Source: an uncultured Armatimonadia bacterium
GTDB taxonomy: Bacteria; Armatimonadota; Zipacnadia; CAVVLO01
DNA length: 64,000 nt
Direction: 5' to 3'
Assembly (NCBI GenBank): GCA_963749155.1
Contig: CAVVLO010000002.1
Location: 1,184,001-1,248,000, forward strand
Shown: piece by piece, positions 9,988-20,146 of the stretch
How positions within the stretch are numbered: the stretch's first letter is position 1
Layout: each line of letters opens with the position of its first letter
Program-made: the position numbers and the translations under genes
Notes under the pieces: generated by a model
Database searches by the model: none
What the model was told of the DNA's origin: nothing
The model's input: the letters and a program-made list of their open reading frames with translations, nothing else

Positions 9988-10906
9988 ACTGCTCGTGGTA
10001 GGCTCTGTTGGACTCGACACCGTCATCACGCCCTCGGGTGAGGCGCGCGGAGTACTCGGAGGCGCAGCTGTCTATGCCAGTCTGGCTGCGGCTATTTACA
10101 CCCGCCCCTATCTTGTAGGCCCTCTTGGCAATGATTTCCCACGGGCTGACGAGGCGTTGCTTGCTGCCCACGGAGTCGACCTCTCCCACGCCCAGCGCGT
10201 TGAAGCCCCAACCTTCCGCTGGACAGGCAGCTACGAGGGAGACTTGAATGAAGCCATCACTCACGTTACCGAGCTCAATGCCCTGGCTACTTTCAATCCA
10301 GTATTACCTGAGGAATTGCGTCGCAGCCGGTATGTCTTCCTGGCAAATCTTGATCCCGACCTGCAAATTGCCGTGCTTGAGCAACTCGAGGCGCCCGAGC
10401 TAGTTGCTGCGGACACGATGAATTTCTGGATCACCAGCAAACCTGAAGCAGTGCGGCAGGTGCTTTCCAAAGTTGATATGGTCTTGATGAATGATGCTGA
10501 AACCCGGATGTGGACCGGCGCCGAGAACCTCGTCGAGGCCTCTCGCCTGTTGATGCAGCAAGGGCCCCGCTATGTCTTTATCAAGAAAGGCGCTAACGGC
10601 CTGGCAGCGTATGGCCCTTGGGGTACTTTTGCTGCGCCCGCTTATCCCTTGCTGGAAGTCTATGATCCAACGGGTGCAGGAGACAGTTTCGCTGGCGCTT
10701 TGATGGGTTATCTGGCCGCCCGTGAAGACCTCAGTGATGTGACGATGCGCCAGGGAGCCATTGTAGGTAGCGCTGTCGCCAGCTTTACCGTCGAAGATTT
10801 CAGTGTGAACCGCCTGGCCCACGTGACAAAAGACCAGGTCCTTGCTCGTGCTCGCGATTTCCAACAGATGACTGCCTTCACTCTGCCGGAAGAGGAGGTC
10901 CACTGA
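9980..10906 (+). CDS. PfkB-family carbohydrate/nucleoside kinase
   Basis: VVGSVGLD, LGGAA, DPTGAGDSFAG. Nucleoside specificity is inferred only from the ahcY context. Confidence 0.9.
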   Translation: MAELLVVGSVGLDTVITPSGEARGVLGGAAVYASLAAAIYTRPYLVGPLGNDFPRADEALLAAHGVDLSHAQRVEAPTFRWTGSYEGDLNEAITHVTELNALATFNPVLPEELRRSRYVFLANLDPDLQIAVLEQLEAPELVAADTMNFWITSKPEAVRQVLSKVDMVLMNDAETRMWTGAENLVEASRLLMQQGPRYVFIKKGANGLAAYGPWGTFAAPAYPLLEVYDPTGAGDSFAGALMGYLAAREDLSDVTMRQGAIVGSAVASFTVEDFSVNRLAHVTKDQVLARARDFQQMTAFTLPEEEVH

Positions 10907-11883
10907 TGCTTGAAGCCATAAGTATGGGAGAAGCTTTGATTGACTTCGTTGCGCTGGAATCAGGCATAAAGCTGAGTGAGGCGGCCGCCTTTAAACGGGC
11001 CCCTGGTGGCGCTCCTGCCAATGTGGCGGCGGCTCTGGCGAAACTTGGTTTTTCTGCTGCTTTCCTGGGCCAGGTTGGCGAGGATCCCTTTGGGCGTTTC
11101 CTTGAACAGACTTTGGCTGATGCCGGCGTAGACACCTCTCTGATGGCTTTCTCTGCTGAAGCACGAACCGGGCTAGCCTTTGTCTCCCTGACTGCCGAGG
11201 GAGTGCCAGACTTCGTCTTCTTCCGCAATCCTAGTGCCGACATCACTTTCCGGCCCGAGCAACTCGACCTGGAGGTGCTCTCGGCCTGTCAGGTCTTCCA
11301 TTTCGGTTCTATCACTTTGATAGAAGAACCTGTGCGCGCAACGACGCTTACCGCCCTGCAGCACGCAGTTAAGTGCGGAGCGCTAATCTCATATGATCCT
11401 AACCTGCGTCCTGCTTTATGGAGTGACCTGGACAGGGCGCGCGAGGTTATGCAGAGTGTCCTGCCCGACGTCGATATTCTAAAAGTCTCGGAAGAAGAAC
11501 TCTTTTTCCTGACTGGCGAAAAAGACTTGCCCCAGGGCGCCCAACTGCTCCTCGACCAGGGGCCAGCCGTGGTGCTTGTCACGCAGGGGGCCGCTGGCTC
11601 GCATGCCTATGCGCTTGGCGACCGTCAGGCTTTTGCCCCGGCCTATAAAGTAGAAGTCGTAGATACTACTGGCTGTGGTGATGCTTTCGTGGCCGGTACG
11701 CTACGTTTCCTGATGAAGGAGCGTGGCTGTCTGGATAGAGATGCTCTGTTTGCTTTGCGCACTGCGGATTGGGAGCAGTGCCTGCTCTTCGCCAACGCCG
11801 TTGCGGGGCTGACCGCTCGTGAACGCGGAGCCATAAATGCCTTGCCTGGATTAGCCGATGTTCGAGCTTTTCTCCAAGGCTGA
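10906..11883 (+). CDS. PfkB-family kinase, fructokinase-like
   Basis: GEALIDF, PGGAPANVA, YDPNLR, DTTGCGDAF. Confidence 0.9.
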   Translation: MLEAISMGEALIDFVALESGIKLSEAAAFKRAPGGAPANVAAALAKLGFSAAFLGQVGEDPFGRFLEQTLADAGVDTSLMAFSAEARTGLAFVSLTAEGVPDFVFFRNPSADITFRPEQLDLEVLSACQVFHFGSITLIEEPVRATTLTALQHAVKCGALISYDPNLRPALWSDLDRAREVMQSVLPDVDILKVSEEELFFLTGEKDLPQGAQLLLDQGPAVVLVTQGAAGSHAYALGDRQAFAPAYKVEVVDTTGCGDAFVAGTLRFLMKERGCLDRDALFALRTADWEQCLLFANAVAGLTARERGAINALPGLADVRAFLQG

Positions 11884-11942
11884 AACAACTTGCCCTCGTC
11901 TGCTAAGATAGGGGTTCCACACAAATCCGGGAGGAAATAACG

Positions 11943-12881
11943 ATGCTTGTTCCAATGAAAGTCCTGCTCGAAGCCGCCGAAGCTGGCAACTACGCCATCG
12001 GCGCCTTCAATGTAATGAACATGGAGATCGTCGAAGCCGCGCTAATGGCCGCCGAGGCCGAACAGGCTCCAATTATTCTTCAGGTTACCCAGACTAGCAC
12101 TGACTACACCAACATCCGCACCGTACATGCCATCATCGAGGAAATCGCGAGCCGTACCTGGCTGCCCATCGCCACCAACCTCGATCACGGCAAAAGCTTT
12201 GACTGGGCCGTCCGGTTCATCCGGGCTGGTTTTACCTCAGTTATGATTGATGGTTCGAAATTCAGTTTCGACGAGAACGTCGCCCTCACCCAGAAAGTCA
12301 TCGAAGCTGCCCATGCTTGCGGGGTCAGTGTCGAAGCTGAGCTTGGTGTACTTGGCGCGCTGGCGGATATGACCGAAGAAGAAAAGGCTGCCGCTCTCAC
12401 CAAGCCTGAGGATGCCGCCCGATTTGTAGAACTTACCGGTGTAGACGCGCTCGCGGTCTCAATCGGCACCAAACACGGCCCTTACAAGGGCAAGCCTGAA
12501 CTGGCTTTCGACCGCCTGGCTGAAATCAACGCGGCTACTGATTGCCCCCTGGTTATGCATGGCGGGACTGGCGTGCCGGACGAGCATGTCCAGCAGGGCA
12601 TCTCGCTTGGTATCCGCAAAATCAACATCGATACTCAGATCCGCCAGGGCTTCCGGGCTGGCATCGACAAGGCTTTGGCCGAAGACGCAAAGGTCTACGA
12701 TCCGCGTAAGCTCCTCATCCCTGCTCGCGACGCGATGGTCGAGGCCATCCGAGACCGTATCCAGTGCTTCGGCACCAGTGGCAAGGGCAAGCATGCTCTC
12801 GATGTCGCAACCAGGTCGCATGTAGCTTTCCCCGAGCTCGTTGAAAAAGTATCTGATCCTAGCGATCCAGGCCAGGAGTGA
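11943..12881 (+). CDS. fba: Class II fructose-bisphosphate aldolase
   Basis: LDHG, FTSVMIDGS, VEAELG, LVMHGG, KINIDT. Confidence 0.93.
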   Translation: MLVPMKVLLEAAEAGNYAIGAFNVMNMEIVEAALMAAEAEQAPIILQVTQTSTDYTNIRTVHAIIEEIASRTWLPIATNLDHGKSFDWAVRFIRAGFTSVMIDGSKFSFDENVALTQKVIEAAHACGVSVEAELGVLGALADMTEEEKAAALTKPEDAARFVELTGVDALAVSIGTKHGPYKGKPELAFDRLAEINAATDCPLVMHGGTGVPDEHVQQGISLGIRKINIDTQIRQGFRAGIDKALAEDAKVYDPRKLLIPARDAMVEAIRDRIQCFGTSGKGKHALDVATRSHVAFPELVEKVSDPSDPGQE

Positions 12882-12886
12882 GTAAT

Positions 12887-13927
12887 ATGGCAGACATCAA
12901 ACGTATCGGTGTACTGACCGGTGGCGGAGACTGCCCCGGCCTCAATCCTGCTATCCGGGGCGTCGTAATGCGCGCCTTCGATTATGGTTGGGAAGTCCAG
13001 GGTTTCAGGCGTGGCTGGGCTGGTCTGACCGAAGATATTCCCACTCCACTCAGCATCGACATCGTCGATGAGATCATCGACAAGGGTGGCACTATCCTGG
13101 GTTCGAGTCGGACCAATCCTTACAAGATGGAAGGAGGCCCAGAGCTCTGTCTGGCCACCCTCAAGCGTCATAACATCGATGCCCTCGTGGCGATTGGCGG
13201 CGACGATACACTGAGCGTCGCGGCCAAGCTCTGGAATGTCGAGCACTTCCCAACCGTGGGCGTTCCAAAGACGATGGACAACGATCTGTCAGGCACCGAT
13301 TATACTTTCGGTTATGACACCGCTGTCCAGATTGCCGTCGAAGCTGTCGGGCGCCTGCGCGATACCGCCAAGTCTCACGAGCGCGTACTGGTCCTCGAAG
13401 TAATGGGGCGCCACGCGGGCTGGGTGGCCTGGGCAACAGGCCTTGCCGGGGCCGCTGACTGGACCTTGGTCCCTGAGGAGAAGCCCGACTGGGAAGCTAT
13501 GGCTGCCCATATGCGGAAGCTGAAGGCTCGTGGCCAGAATTACGCCATCATCGTTGCTTCTGAGGGTATCGAGTTGCCTTGCGATGATAACGAAGATTGT
13601 GAACTTGACGCTTTTGGGCACAAGCGCCTCATCAAACGGGGCGTGGGCGAATATGTCGCCACTTACCTCGAAGAGCAGACAGGCATGGAAAGCCGGTTCG
13701 CAGTCATCGGTCATATGCAGCGTGGTGGCCCGCCCACTGCGTTTGACAGGATCCTCGGCACCCGAGTTGGAGTTGCTGCTGCCGACTTCCTGAGCCAGGG
13801 CAAGTTTGGCTCGATGGCTGCCTTGCAAGGCACCGAGATTGTCGCTGTAGATATCAGCCACGCCTCGGGCGTTACCAAAACGGTCCCTCAGGACTGTCTC
13901 GAGCTCATGAGAGTCTTCTTCAAATAA
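12887..13927 (+). CDS. 6-phosphofructokinase with PPi-type motifs
   Basis: TGGGDCPG, GGDDT and PKTMDND (Asp and Lys at the phosphoryl-donor specificity positions), EVMGR. Confidence 0.88.
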   Translation: MADIKRIGVLTGGGDCPGLNPAIRGVVMRAFDYGWEVQGFRRGWAGLTEDIPTPLSIDIVDEIIDKGGTILGSSRTNPYKMEGGPELCLATLKRHNIDALVAIGGDDTLSVAAKLWNVEHFPTVGVPKTMDNDLSGTDYTFGYDTAVQIAVEAVGRLRDTAKSHERVLVLEVMGRHAGWVAWATGLAGAADWTLVPEEKPDWEAMAAHMRKLKARGQNYAIIVASEGIELPCDDNEDCELDAFGHKRLIKRGVGEYVATYLEEQTGMESRFAVIGHMQRGGPPTAFDRILGTRVGVAAADFLSQGKFGSMAALQGTEIVAVDISHASGVTKTVPQDCLELMRVFFK

Positions 13928-13942
13928 ACAAACCGCAGCACT

Positions 13943-13984
13943 AGCGCCGTCGTGGTGAGTTACCGCGGCGGCGCTTATTTCTTC
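13943..13984 (+). terminator. Terminator-like hairpin between the two pfk genes
   Basis: AGCGCCGTCGTGGT-GAGTT-ACCGCGGCGGCGCT (two G:U pairs) followed by TATTTCTTC. Confidence 0.55.
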
Positions 13985-14002
13985 TCGGGAAGTGAGCTAG
14001 CT

Positions 14003-14971
14003 ATGACCCTCTCGCGTCTGGGGCTCCTTACCAGTGGGGGCGATGCTCCTGGCATGAATTGTGCAATCCGCGCCGTTGTGAGGACTGCCAATACTCGAGG
14101 CCTGGAAGTTGTGGGAATCCGACGCGGTTACCAGGGACTGGTGGATGACGACTTGTTCCCAATGGATCGCTCCTCTGTCTCGGGCATCATTATGCGCGGA
14201 GGGACAGTACTCAAGACCGCCCGCTGCAAAGAATTCCATACCCCGGAAGGCCGGGAGCGCGCTTACACTACAATGCGGAAACACGACCTTGGGGGACTTA
14301 TTGTCATCGGTGGAGATGGCTCTTTCCGAGGCGGCCTCGATATCGTAAGAGAAACCGACTTCCAGGTTATTGGTATCCCCGGCAGTATCGACAACGATAT
14401 CGCTGGCAGTGACTATTCTATCGGCTTCGATACCGCGGTTATGAATGCCTTGATGGATATCGACAAGGTGCGCGATACCGCTGAATCTCATGGGCGCATC
14501 TTTGTTGTCGAGGTTATGGGCCGCGAATGTGGCTTCCTTGCTGCCCATGTTGCCGTGGCAGCAGGCGCCGAGGATGTCCTCATCCCAGAGATCAAACTGG
14601 ACCTTGACCAGGTGGTTGAAAGGCTCAAGCGAGGGATAGAGCGCGGTAAACACTCCTATATCATCGTCGTGGCAGAGGGTGCGGCTCGCAGTTATGATGT
14701 CGCTAGTTTTATTACTGAACAGACTGGTCGCGAAACGCGCGTAGTCGTGCTCGGTCATGTGCAACGTGGAGGCTCGCCAACCGCCACCGACCGACTGAAG
14801 GCCTCCCGTATGGGCGAACTGGCAGTTGAAGCCCTTCTCGCCGGTCAATCGGGCAAGATGATCGCCTCAGATGGCGACCGCCTCGTATTGAAACCGCTTT
14901 CTGGCAATGCGGAAACCGATCTGGCTCTCTTCCAGGAACTTGTCAAATTGGTCGAAACTCTGGGTAGTTAG
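14003..14971 (+). CDS. pfkA: ATP-dependent 6-phosphofructokinase
   Basis: TSGGDAPGMN, GGDGS, PGSIDND, EVMGR, LGHVQRGG. Confidence 0.93.
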   Translation: MTLSRLGLLTSGGDAPGMNCAIRAVVRTANTRGLEVVGIRRGYQGLVDDDLFPMDRSSVSGIIMRGGTVLKTARCKEFHTPEGRERAYTTMRKHDLGGLIVIGGDGSFRGGLDIVRETDFQVIGIPGSIDNDIAGSDYSIGFDTAVMNALMDIDKVRDTAESHGRIFVVEVMGRECGFLAAHVAVAAGAEDVLIPEIKLDLDQVVERLKRGIERGKHSYIIVVAEGAARSYDVASFITEQTGRETRVVVLGHVQRGGSPTATDRLKASRMGELAVEALLAGQSGKMIASDGDRLVLKPLSGNAETDLALFQELVKLVETLGS

Positions 14972-14982
14972 GAGAATATCGT

Positions 14983-15720
14983 TTGAACCTGTCGGCCTTG
15001 CCAAAGCAACTTGGCCGTCTTCTTGCTCCGACAATCTGCGTGGCCTGTGGCGATGTGACTCCAGGTACGCAGCTCTGTTCCGACTGCGACAGTCAACTCA
15101 GGCGGATCCAGGCTCCTTTTTGCCAGTGTTGTGGCTTGCCTCTGCCTGATGCTCCTGACCCCCAGGCTTTATGCTCCACTTGTCGTAAACGACTTCCAAA
15201 GCTCGAACGTGCCCGGAGTGTCGTCTTCTATACCGATTTTGCTTCTCGACTAATCCATGAACTTAAGTTTGGAAGGAAAGCCTATGTCGCCCGGGCACTA
15301 GCTGAGGGTAGCAGAGCTTTATTCGAAGCCGAACTTGCGGAGCTCGAAGCCTTGCCCGAACCTGTTCTTGTGGTGCCTTTACCGTTGCATTGGCGACGTT
15401 TCTGGCATAGAGGTTTCAATCAGGCGGGATTACTTGCGCGTTATGCCTTACCCAAACACAAGCAGCTTCTTCAGTGTCGGGCTCTGGTTCGATTCCGGCC
15501 TACCACAGCGCTTGCGCAATTGCCCGCTTCAGAGCGTCCCAAGGCGATATCTGGCGCCTTCCGCGCCAGGCCTCAGTTGGTAAAAGGCGCCTCCGTTCTG
15601 CTGATAGATGATCTTATGACGACAGGTTCTACTTTGAACGAAGCTGCCAAGGCCTTACTCAAGGCCGGCGCGGTGCGCGTGCGCGCTTGCACTTTTGCGC
15701 GCACTCCACTCCACTACTAA
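14983..15720 (+). CDS. ComF family protein (double zinc ribbon + PRTase)
   Basis: Four CxxC pairs, RGFNQA, LLIDDLMTTGST. Confidence 0.92.
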   Translation: MNLSALPKQLGRLLAPTICVACGDVTPGTQLCSDCDSQLRRIQAPFCQCCGLPLPDAPDPQALCSTCRKRLPKLERARSVVFYTDFASRLIHELKFGRKAYVARALAEGSRALFEAELAELEALPEPVLVVPLPLHWRRFWHRGFNQAGLLARYALPKHKQLLQCRALVRFRPTTALAQLPASERPKAISGAFRARPQLVKGASVLLIDDLMTTGSTLNEAAKALLKAGAVRVRACTFARTPLHY

Positions 15721-17165
15721 TCCATATCCCAGGTCAGTCGCAGATTGCGCGCAGCGCCAAGCTCATCCAGGGCGCTTACCACCATATTGTGAGGGGCGCT
15801 CTTTATAACTTCCGGACTGTGTTCTGCTTCATCAAGCAATTCGCCTACTAGCTTGGCAAAGAAGTCCAGCAATTCGAGTCGCTCGGTCTCAGTTGGCTCA
15901 AACATCAACGCCTCATGCACCAGTGTTGGAAAATACACTGTCGGCGCATGAAATCCATAATCAAGCAACCGCTTTCCGAACTCCTTGGCTCCGACACCAC
16001 TTTGATGCTTAAGCTCTTCAGCACTGGCAACAAATTCATGCATACAGAGTGGGCCGTAAGGCACTGGTAGTCTTGGCTCGAGTAGCTTCTTCAGATAGTT
16101 GGCATTGAGCACAGCCTGCTCACTTGCCGCCTTCAATCCTGAACCGCCTACTGCCCTGATATAGGCCAGGGCCCTTACCAGCACCAGGAAGTTTCCCCAG
16201 AAGGCTTGCACCTTGCCAACAGAGCAGCCATCACCCCAGTCAAGTGAATACGTTCCCTCTCGCACTGCTAGCCTGGGGGTGGGCAAGAATCGTTCCAAAG
16301 CTTCGGTTACCCCGACAGGTCCGCTGCCGGGCCCCCCGCCCCCGTGAGGGGTGGCGAAGGTCTTGTGCAAATTGACGTGGCAGATATCGAAACCCATATC
16401 TCCCGGGCGCGCATATCCCATCACCGCATTCAGGTTGGCGCCATCATAATAAGCCAGCCCTCCAGCTTCATGCACCAACTTTGTTATCTGTAAAATATCA
16501 GGCTCAAACAATCCCAGCGTGTTGGGATTTGTCAGCATGATACCTGCGGTCTGTGATCCCAAAGCTGCTTCAAGCGCCGCCAAGTCTACTCGCCCATCCG
16601 GCGCCGACTTTATTGCTTTGATAGTGAAACCTGCCAGCGTGGAACTGGCCGGATTTGTACCATGGGCGGTGTCCGGAACCAGTATCTCAGTCCTTTCTTT
16701 TGCTCCCTGGTCCTGATGAAAGGCGCGCATAATCCAAAGCCCAGTGGCCTCTCCATGCGCTCCCGCACAAGGCTGCAGGCTGAAAGCGCCAAGCCCGGTA
16801 ACCTCGGCCAGTGCCTCCTGCAATTCGACCATCAGTGCCAGTGCGCCTTGTGCAGAGGCCTCGGGCGTTAAGGGATGCAAGTTGGTAAATCCTGGCAACC
16901 GTCCAAGCCGCTCGCAACTCTTCGGGTTATACTTCATCGTGCAAGAACCAAGCGGGTAGAAACCACTATCCAGGCCAAAGTTGCGATGCGACAGGGCAGT
17001 ATAATGCCGTGTCAAAGTAGGTTCTGAGACATCAGGCAGGGGGAGGCTTTCTCTAACCAGTTCCTCTGGAAGGTCCATCTCACTGACGTCTCTGCTCGCA
17101 CTGCCATCTTCGCCTTCAGCAAGTTCGAACAGCGACCGCGCAAAGTATTCCTCGCCTTTAAGCAT
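15717..17165 (-). CDS. gcvPB: Glycine dehydrogenase subunit 2
   Basis: YPLGSCTMKYNP, AHGTNPAS, NLHKTFATPHGGGGPG. Confidence 0.97.
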   Translation of the reverse strand: MLKGEEYFARSLFELAEGEDGSASRDVSEMDLPEELVRESLPLPDVSEPTLTRHYTALSHRNFGLDSGFYPLGSCTMKYNPKSCERLGRLPGFTNLHPLTPEASAQGALALMVELQEALAEVTGLGAFSLQPCAGAHGEATGLWIMRAFHQDQGAKERTEILVPDTAHGTNPASSTLAGFTIKAIKSAPDGRVDLAALEAALGSQTAGIMLTNPNTLGLFEPDILQITKLVHEAGGLAYYDGANLNAVMGYARPGDMGFDICHVNLHKTFATPHGGGGPGSGPVGVTEALERFLPTPRLAVREGTYSLDWGDGCSVGKVQAFWGNFLVLVRALAYIRAVGGSGLKAASEQAVLNANYLKKLLEPRLPVPYGPLCMHEFVASAEELKHQSGVGAKEFGKRLLDYGFHAPTVYFPTLVHEALMFEPTETERLELLDFFAKLVGELLDEAEHSPEVIKSAPHNMVVSALDELGAARNLRLTWDMD

Positions 17166-18504
17166 CAGCCAACACCTCCCGCGCGGACTGGATATAGTGC
17201 TCCAGGTCTATTGCCCCTCGTTTCTCGGTCACCGCAACCAGCAACCAGTCTTCAGGATAAGCACCTACAGCCGAAGGCGCCACTCCTGCCAGTATCCCTC
17301 GTTCAGTCATCCTGTCGATGAAAGTAGCAGCTTTTATTGGCAAAGACACAAGAAATTCTGCAAAGAAAGGCCCCGATAAAACCTTCTTGATACCTGGTAT
17401 CGTCTCGAGTTGTGTCTCCAGTTGATGAGCGCGTTCATAACTCTCTCTGGCAACTTGCCTAAGTCCTGTGCTTCCAACGGCTGCCAGGTAAAGCCCGGCC
17501 TGCAAAGCGCACAAGGCCTGGTTGGTGCAGATGTTACTTGTAGCTTTCTCCCGGCGGATATGCTGTTCACGAGTCTGCAGTGTCAGACAATATGCAGTTC
17601 GACCTTCTGCATCGACTGTGCGCCCCACCACTCGTCCTGGCATCTGGCGGACATGCTCTTTCCTGCAAGTGAACAGCCCCAGGTAAGGTCCTCCAAAACC
17701 GAGTGGTAAACCAAGTGACTGCCCCTCGCCTACTGCAATGTCGAAACCAAAATCGCCAGGTGGCTTGAGCCTGGCCAGGCTTACAGGCTCGAAAACACAG
17801 ATGGCGAGTGCGCCTGTCTTATGGGCCGCCTCCACCAGCGCAGTTGGATCTTCAATCACGCCAAAAAAGTTTGGAGACTGGACCACTACTGCCGCTGCGC
17901 CTTCAAGCAGTTGTTCTTCAGGGGCTACCAGTCGGCCCCTCTCATCCCAGGGGAGGCTTACCAGTTCAGCGTCCAATCCAGCCAGATAGGTCCCAGCAAC
18001 TTGTCGCCAGAGAGGATGGAGCGAGGCTGGCAGGACGAACTTTCGTCTTCCAGTGACACTGTGAGCCATTAAGAGCGCCTCGGCGAGGGCACTTGCGCCA
18101 TCGTAAAGTGAGGAATTGGCAATCTCCATACCAGTGAGCCGTGCGAGCAGGCTCTGATATTCAAACAAGGCCTGAAGAAAACCTTGCGAAGCCTCAGCCT
18201 GGTACTGAGTGTAGGAGGTGTAGAACTCACTGCGCGAAGCCAGTTCGCTGACAACGCTAGGTATAAAGCGGTCATAGGCGCCTGCGCCAGCAAAGCAACT
18301 AAGCTCTGAGCCCTTGTTTCTAGCGGCTAACTGTTCAAATTGAAGTACAAGCTCCTGCTCAGAGAGGGGTGAGGGCAAATTGAGAGAGCGATCCAGACGG
18401 GCTTCTGTTGGTATCTGACGTTCGAATAGTTCTTCCACCGAAGCTAGCCCGAGCGCCTCGAGTTGCGCCTTGGCCGCCCGCGGCCCCACCGGCCTAAAGT
18501 CCAT
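17158..18504 (-). CDS. gcvPA: Glycine dehydrogenase subunit 1
   Basis: YTQYQAEASQG, TREQHIRREKATSNICTNQ. Confidence 0.97.
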   Translation of the reverse strand: MDFRPVGPRAAKAQLEALGLASVEELFERQIPTEARLDRSLNLPSPLSEQELVLQFEQLAARNKGSELSCFAGAGAYDRFIPSVVSELASRSEFYTSYTQYQAEASQGFLQALFEYQSLLARLTGMEIANSSLYDGASALAEALLMAHSVTGRRKFVLPASLHPLWRQVAGTYLAGLDAELVSLPWDERGRLVAPEEQLLEGAAAVVVQSPNFFGVIEDPTALVEAAHKTGALAICVFEPVSLARLKPPGDFGFDIAVGEGQSLGLPLGFGGPYLGLFTCRKEHVRQMPGRVVGRTVDAEGRTAYCLTLQTREQHIRREKATSNICTNQALCALQAGLYLAAVGSTGLRQVARESYERAHQLETQLETIPGIKKVLSGPFFAEFLVSLPIKAATFIDRMTERGILAGVAPSAVGAYPEDWLLVAVTEKRGAIDLEHYIQSAREVLADA

Positions 18505-18507
18505 CTG

Positions 18508-18897
18508 CTAACTCCCCTCTTGGGCGAGTAACTCCCGATAATCAGCTGGGCTGAGCAGGTCTTCCAGTTCAAGCTCATCAGCCAGTTCGATCTGGATCAT
18601 CCAGCCTTCTCCAAATGGTTCCTGATTCACCAGGTCAGGGCTATTGTCGAGTGCGCCATTGACTGCGATGACGATACCTGACAAAGGAGAGTTGATATCT
18701 TCGACTGACTTGACCGATTCAATCTCGCCAAAAGGCTCGCCAGCAGTTATGGATTGTCCAACTTTAGGCAAGGACACTAGCACAATGTCAGCCAATTGGT
18801 CAGCCGCAAAAGCAGTTATCCCAATTCTTGCCTGGCTTCCTTCAACAGCCACCCACTCATGGGTTGAAGTAAATAGCAGCTGCTCGGGGATTTTCAT
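18508..18897 (-). CDS. gcvH: Glycine cleavage system H protein
   Basis: HEWV, IESVKSV with lipoyl Lys, VNQEPFGEGW. Confidence 0.96.
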   Translation of the reverse strand: MKIPEQLLFTSTHEWVAVEGSQARIGITAFAADQLADIVLVSLPKVGQSITAGEPFGEIESVKSVEDINSPLSGIVIAVNGALDNSPDLVNQEPFGEGWMIQIELADELELEDLLSPADYRELLAQEGS

Positions 18898-18912
18898 TTT
18901 GTCCCTCCTGAA

Positions 18913-19998
18913 CTAGTCCGGTGGTTTATGAAGTGGGAAGCCAGTTACCAACGCGGCTTCCGGATTATCTTTCACCCAGAACTCAATCTTCATTCCAACA
19001 GCAGCAGCCTCAGGCCGCAGATACCCTTGAGCAATCGGCCGCTCCATTATTGGTGAGAAAGCCCCGCTTGTGACATAGCCTACTGGAAGCCCCCCCAGCG
19101 ATAACTCAGCTCCTTGCCTTGGTACTCGCCGGCCTAGGCCAATCAAGCCTCTGCGCAGATATCGAGGGCCTTCTTCAAGTCGCTTGGCGATGGCTTCTCC
19201 ACCAATCACGCCGCCTGGCTTGTCGAGTTTTACAAACCGCATCAGGTCGGCCTCTACTGGTGTCAGCTCGGTCGTCAGTTCATGCCCATACAAGGGCAGC
19301 CCAGCTTCAAGTCGAAGCGAATCACGTGCTCCTAGTCCGCACAGCGCAAGGCCCTGCTGTTCTCCTGCCGCTAGGAGCAAGTCAAACAACTCGCCAATCA
19401 GGTCGGTTGGCACAAGGAGTTCGAATCCATCCTCTCCCGTGTAGCCTGACCGCGAGATGAGCGTGGCTATACCCCCCAGTTGCCCAAGTCCGAAATGGAA
19501 ACGATTCAATGTTGTCAGGTCTCGATCGCATAACGGCGCCAGAATCGCCTCTGCTGCTGGCCCCTGCAGAGCAAGCATCGCCAGCTCTTCGCTCATATCG
19601 CGCACTGTCACTCCTGCTGGTGCGTGGTCGGTTAGCCACTCGAGGTCGCCCTTGGCGTTTATTGCGTTTACAACTAGCAGGAAATGGTCCGGCCGAAAAT
19701 GATACGACAGCAGGTCTTCGATGATACCGCCTTGTTCGTTGCACATCAGACTGTATCGGACAACTGGCTTATCGGGACTGATATTATTGGTTAACAGCCT
19801 TTGCAGCATCTCGGCTGCGCCCTCACCAGTGACTTCATACCGGCCCATATGGGTAACATCAAAAAGTCCAGCCCGTTCGCGTACCGCTTTGTGTTCAGCC
19901 AGCACCCCTTCATAGAAAATGGGCATCCGGTATCCGGCAAATGGCTGGAGTTTCGCGCCAAGCGCTTCGTGTTCGGCTTCAAGCGGCAGACTTTTCAT
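18913..19998 (-). CDS. gcvT: Glycine cleavage system aminomethyltransferase T
   Basis: LFDVTHMG, SRSGYTGEDGFE, GLGARDSLRLEAG. Confidence 0.97.
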   Translation of the reverse strand: MKSLPLEAEHEALGAKLQPFAGYRMPIFYEGVLAEHKAVRERAGLFDVTHMGRYEVTGEGAAEMLQRLLTNNISPDKPVVRYSLMCNEQGGIIEDLLSYHFRPDHFLLVVNAINAKGDLEWLTDHAPAGVTVRDMSEELAMLALQGPAAEAILAPLCDRDLTTLNRFHFGLGQLGGIATLISRSGYTGEDGFELLVPTDLIGELFDLLLAAGEQQGLALCGLGARDSLRLEAGLPLYGHELTTELTPVEADLMRFVKLDKPGGVIGGEAIAKRLEEGPRYLRRGLIGLGRRVPRQGAELSLGGLPVGYVTSGAFSPIMERPIAQGYLRPEAAAVGMKIEFWVKDNPEAALVTGFPLHKPPD

Positions 19999-20146
19999 TG
20001 GCCACCCTGGTTCTTGCGAAGTATTATAGGGGACTAACCTGAGTCAGTACCTCTTACTTCGTGGTCAGCCAGGTTCCTCCTTCCCAGGCAGGTATCTGTC
20101 ATCTTTCAGCCAAACTGAGTGCAGTCTTTTACCGGAAGGTGCCTCT

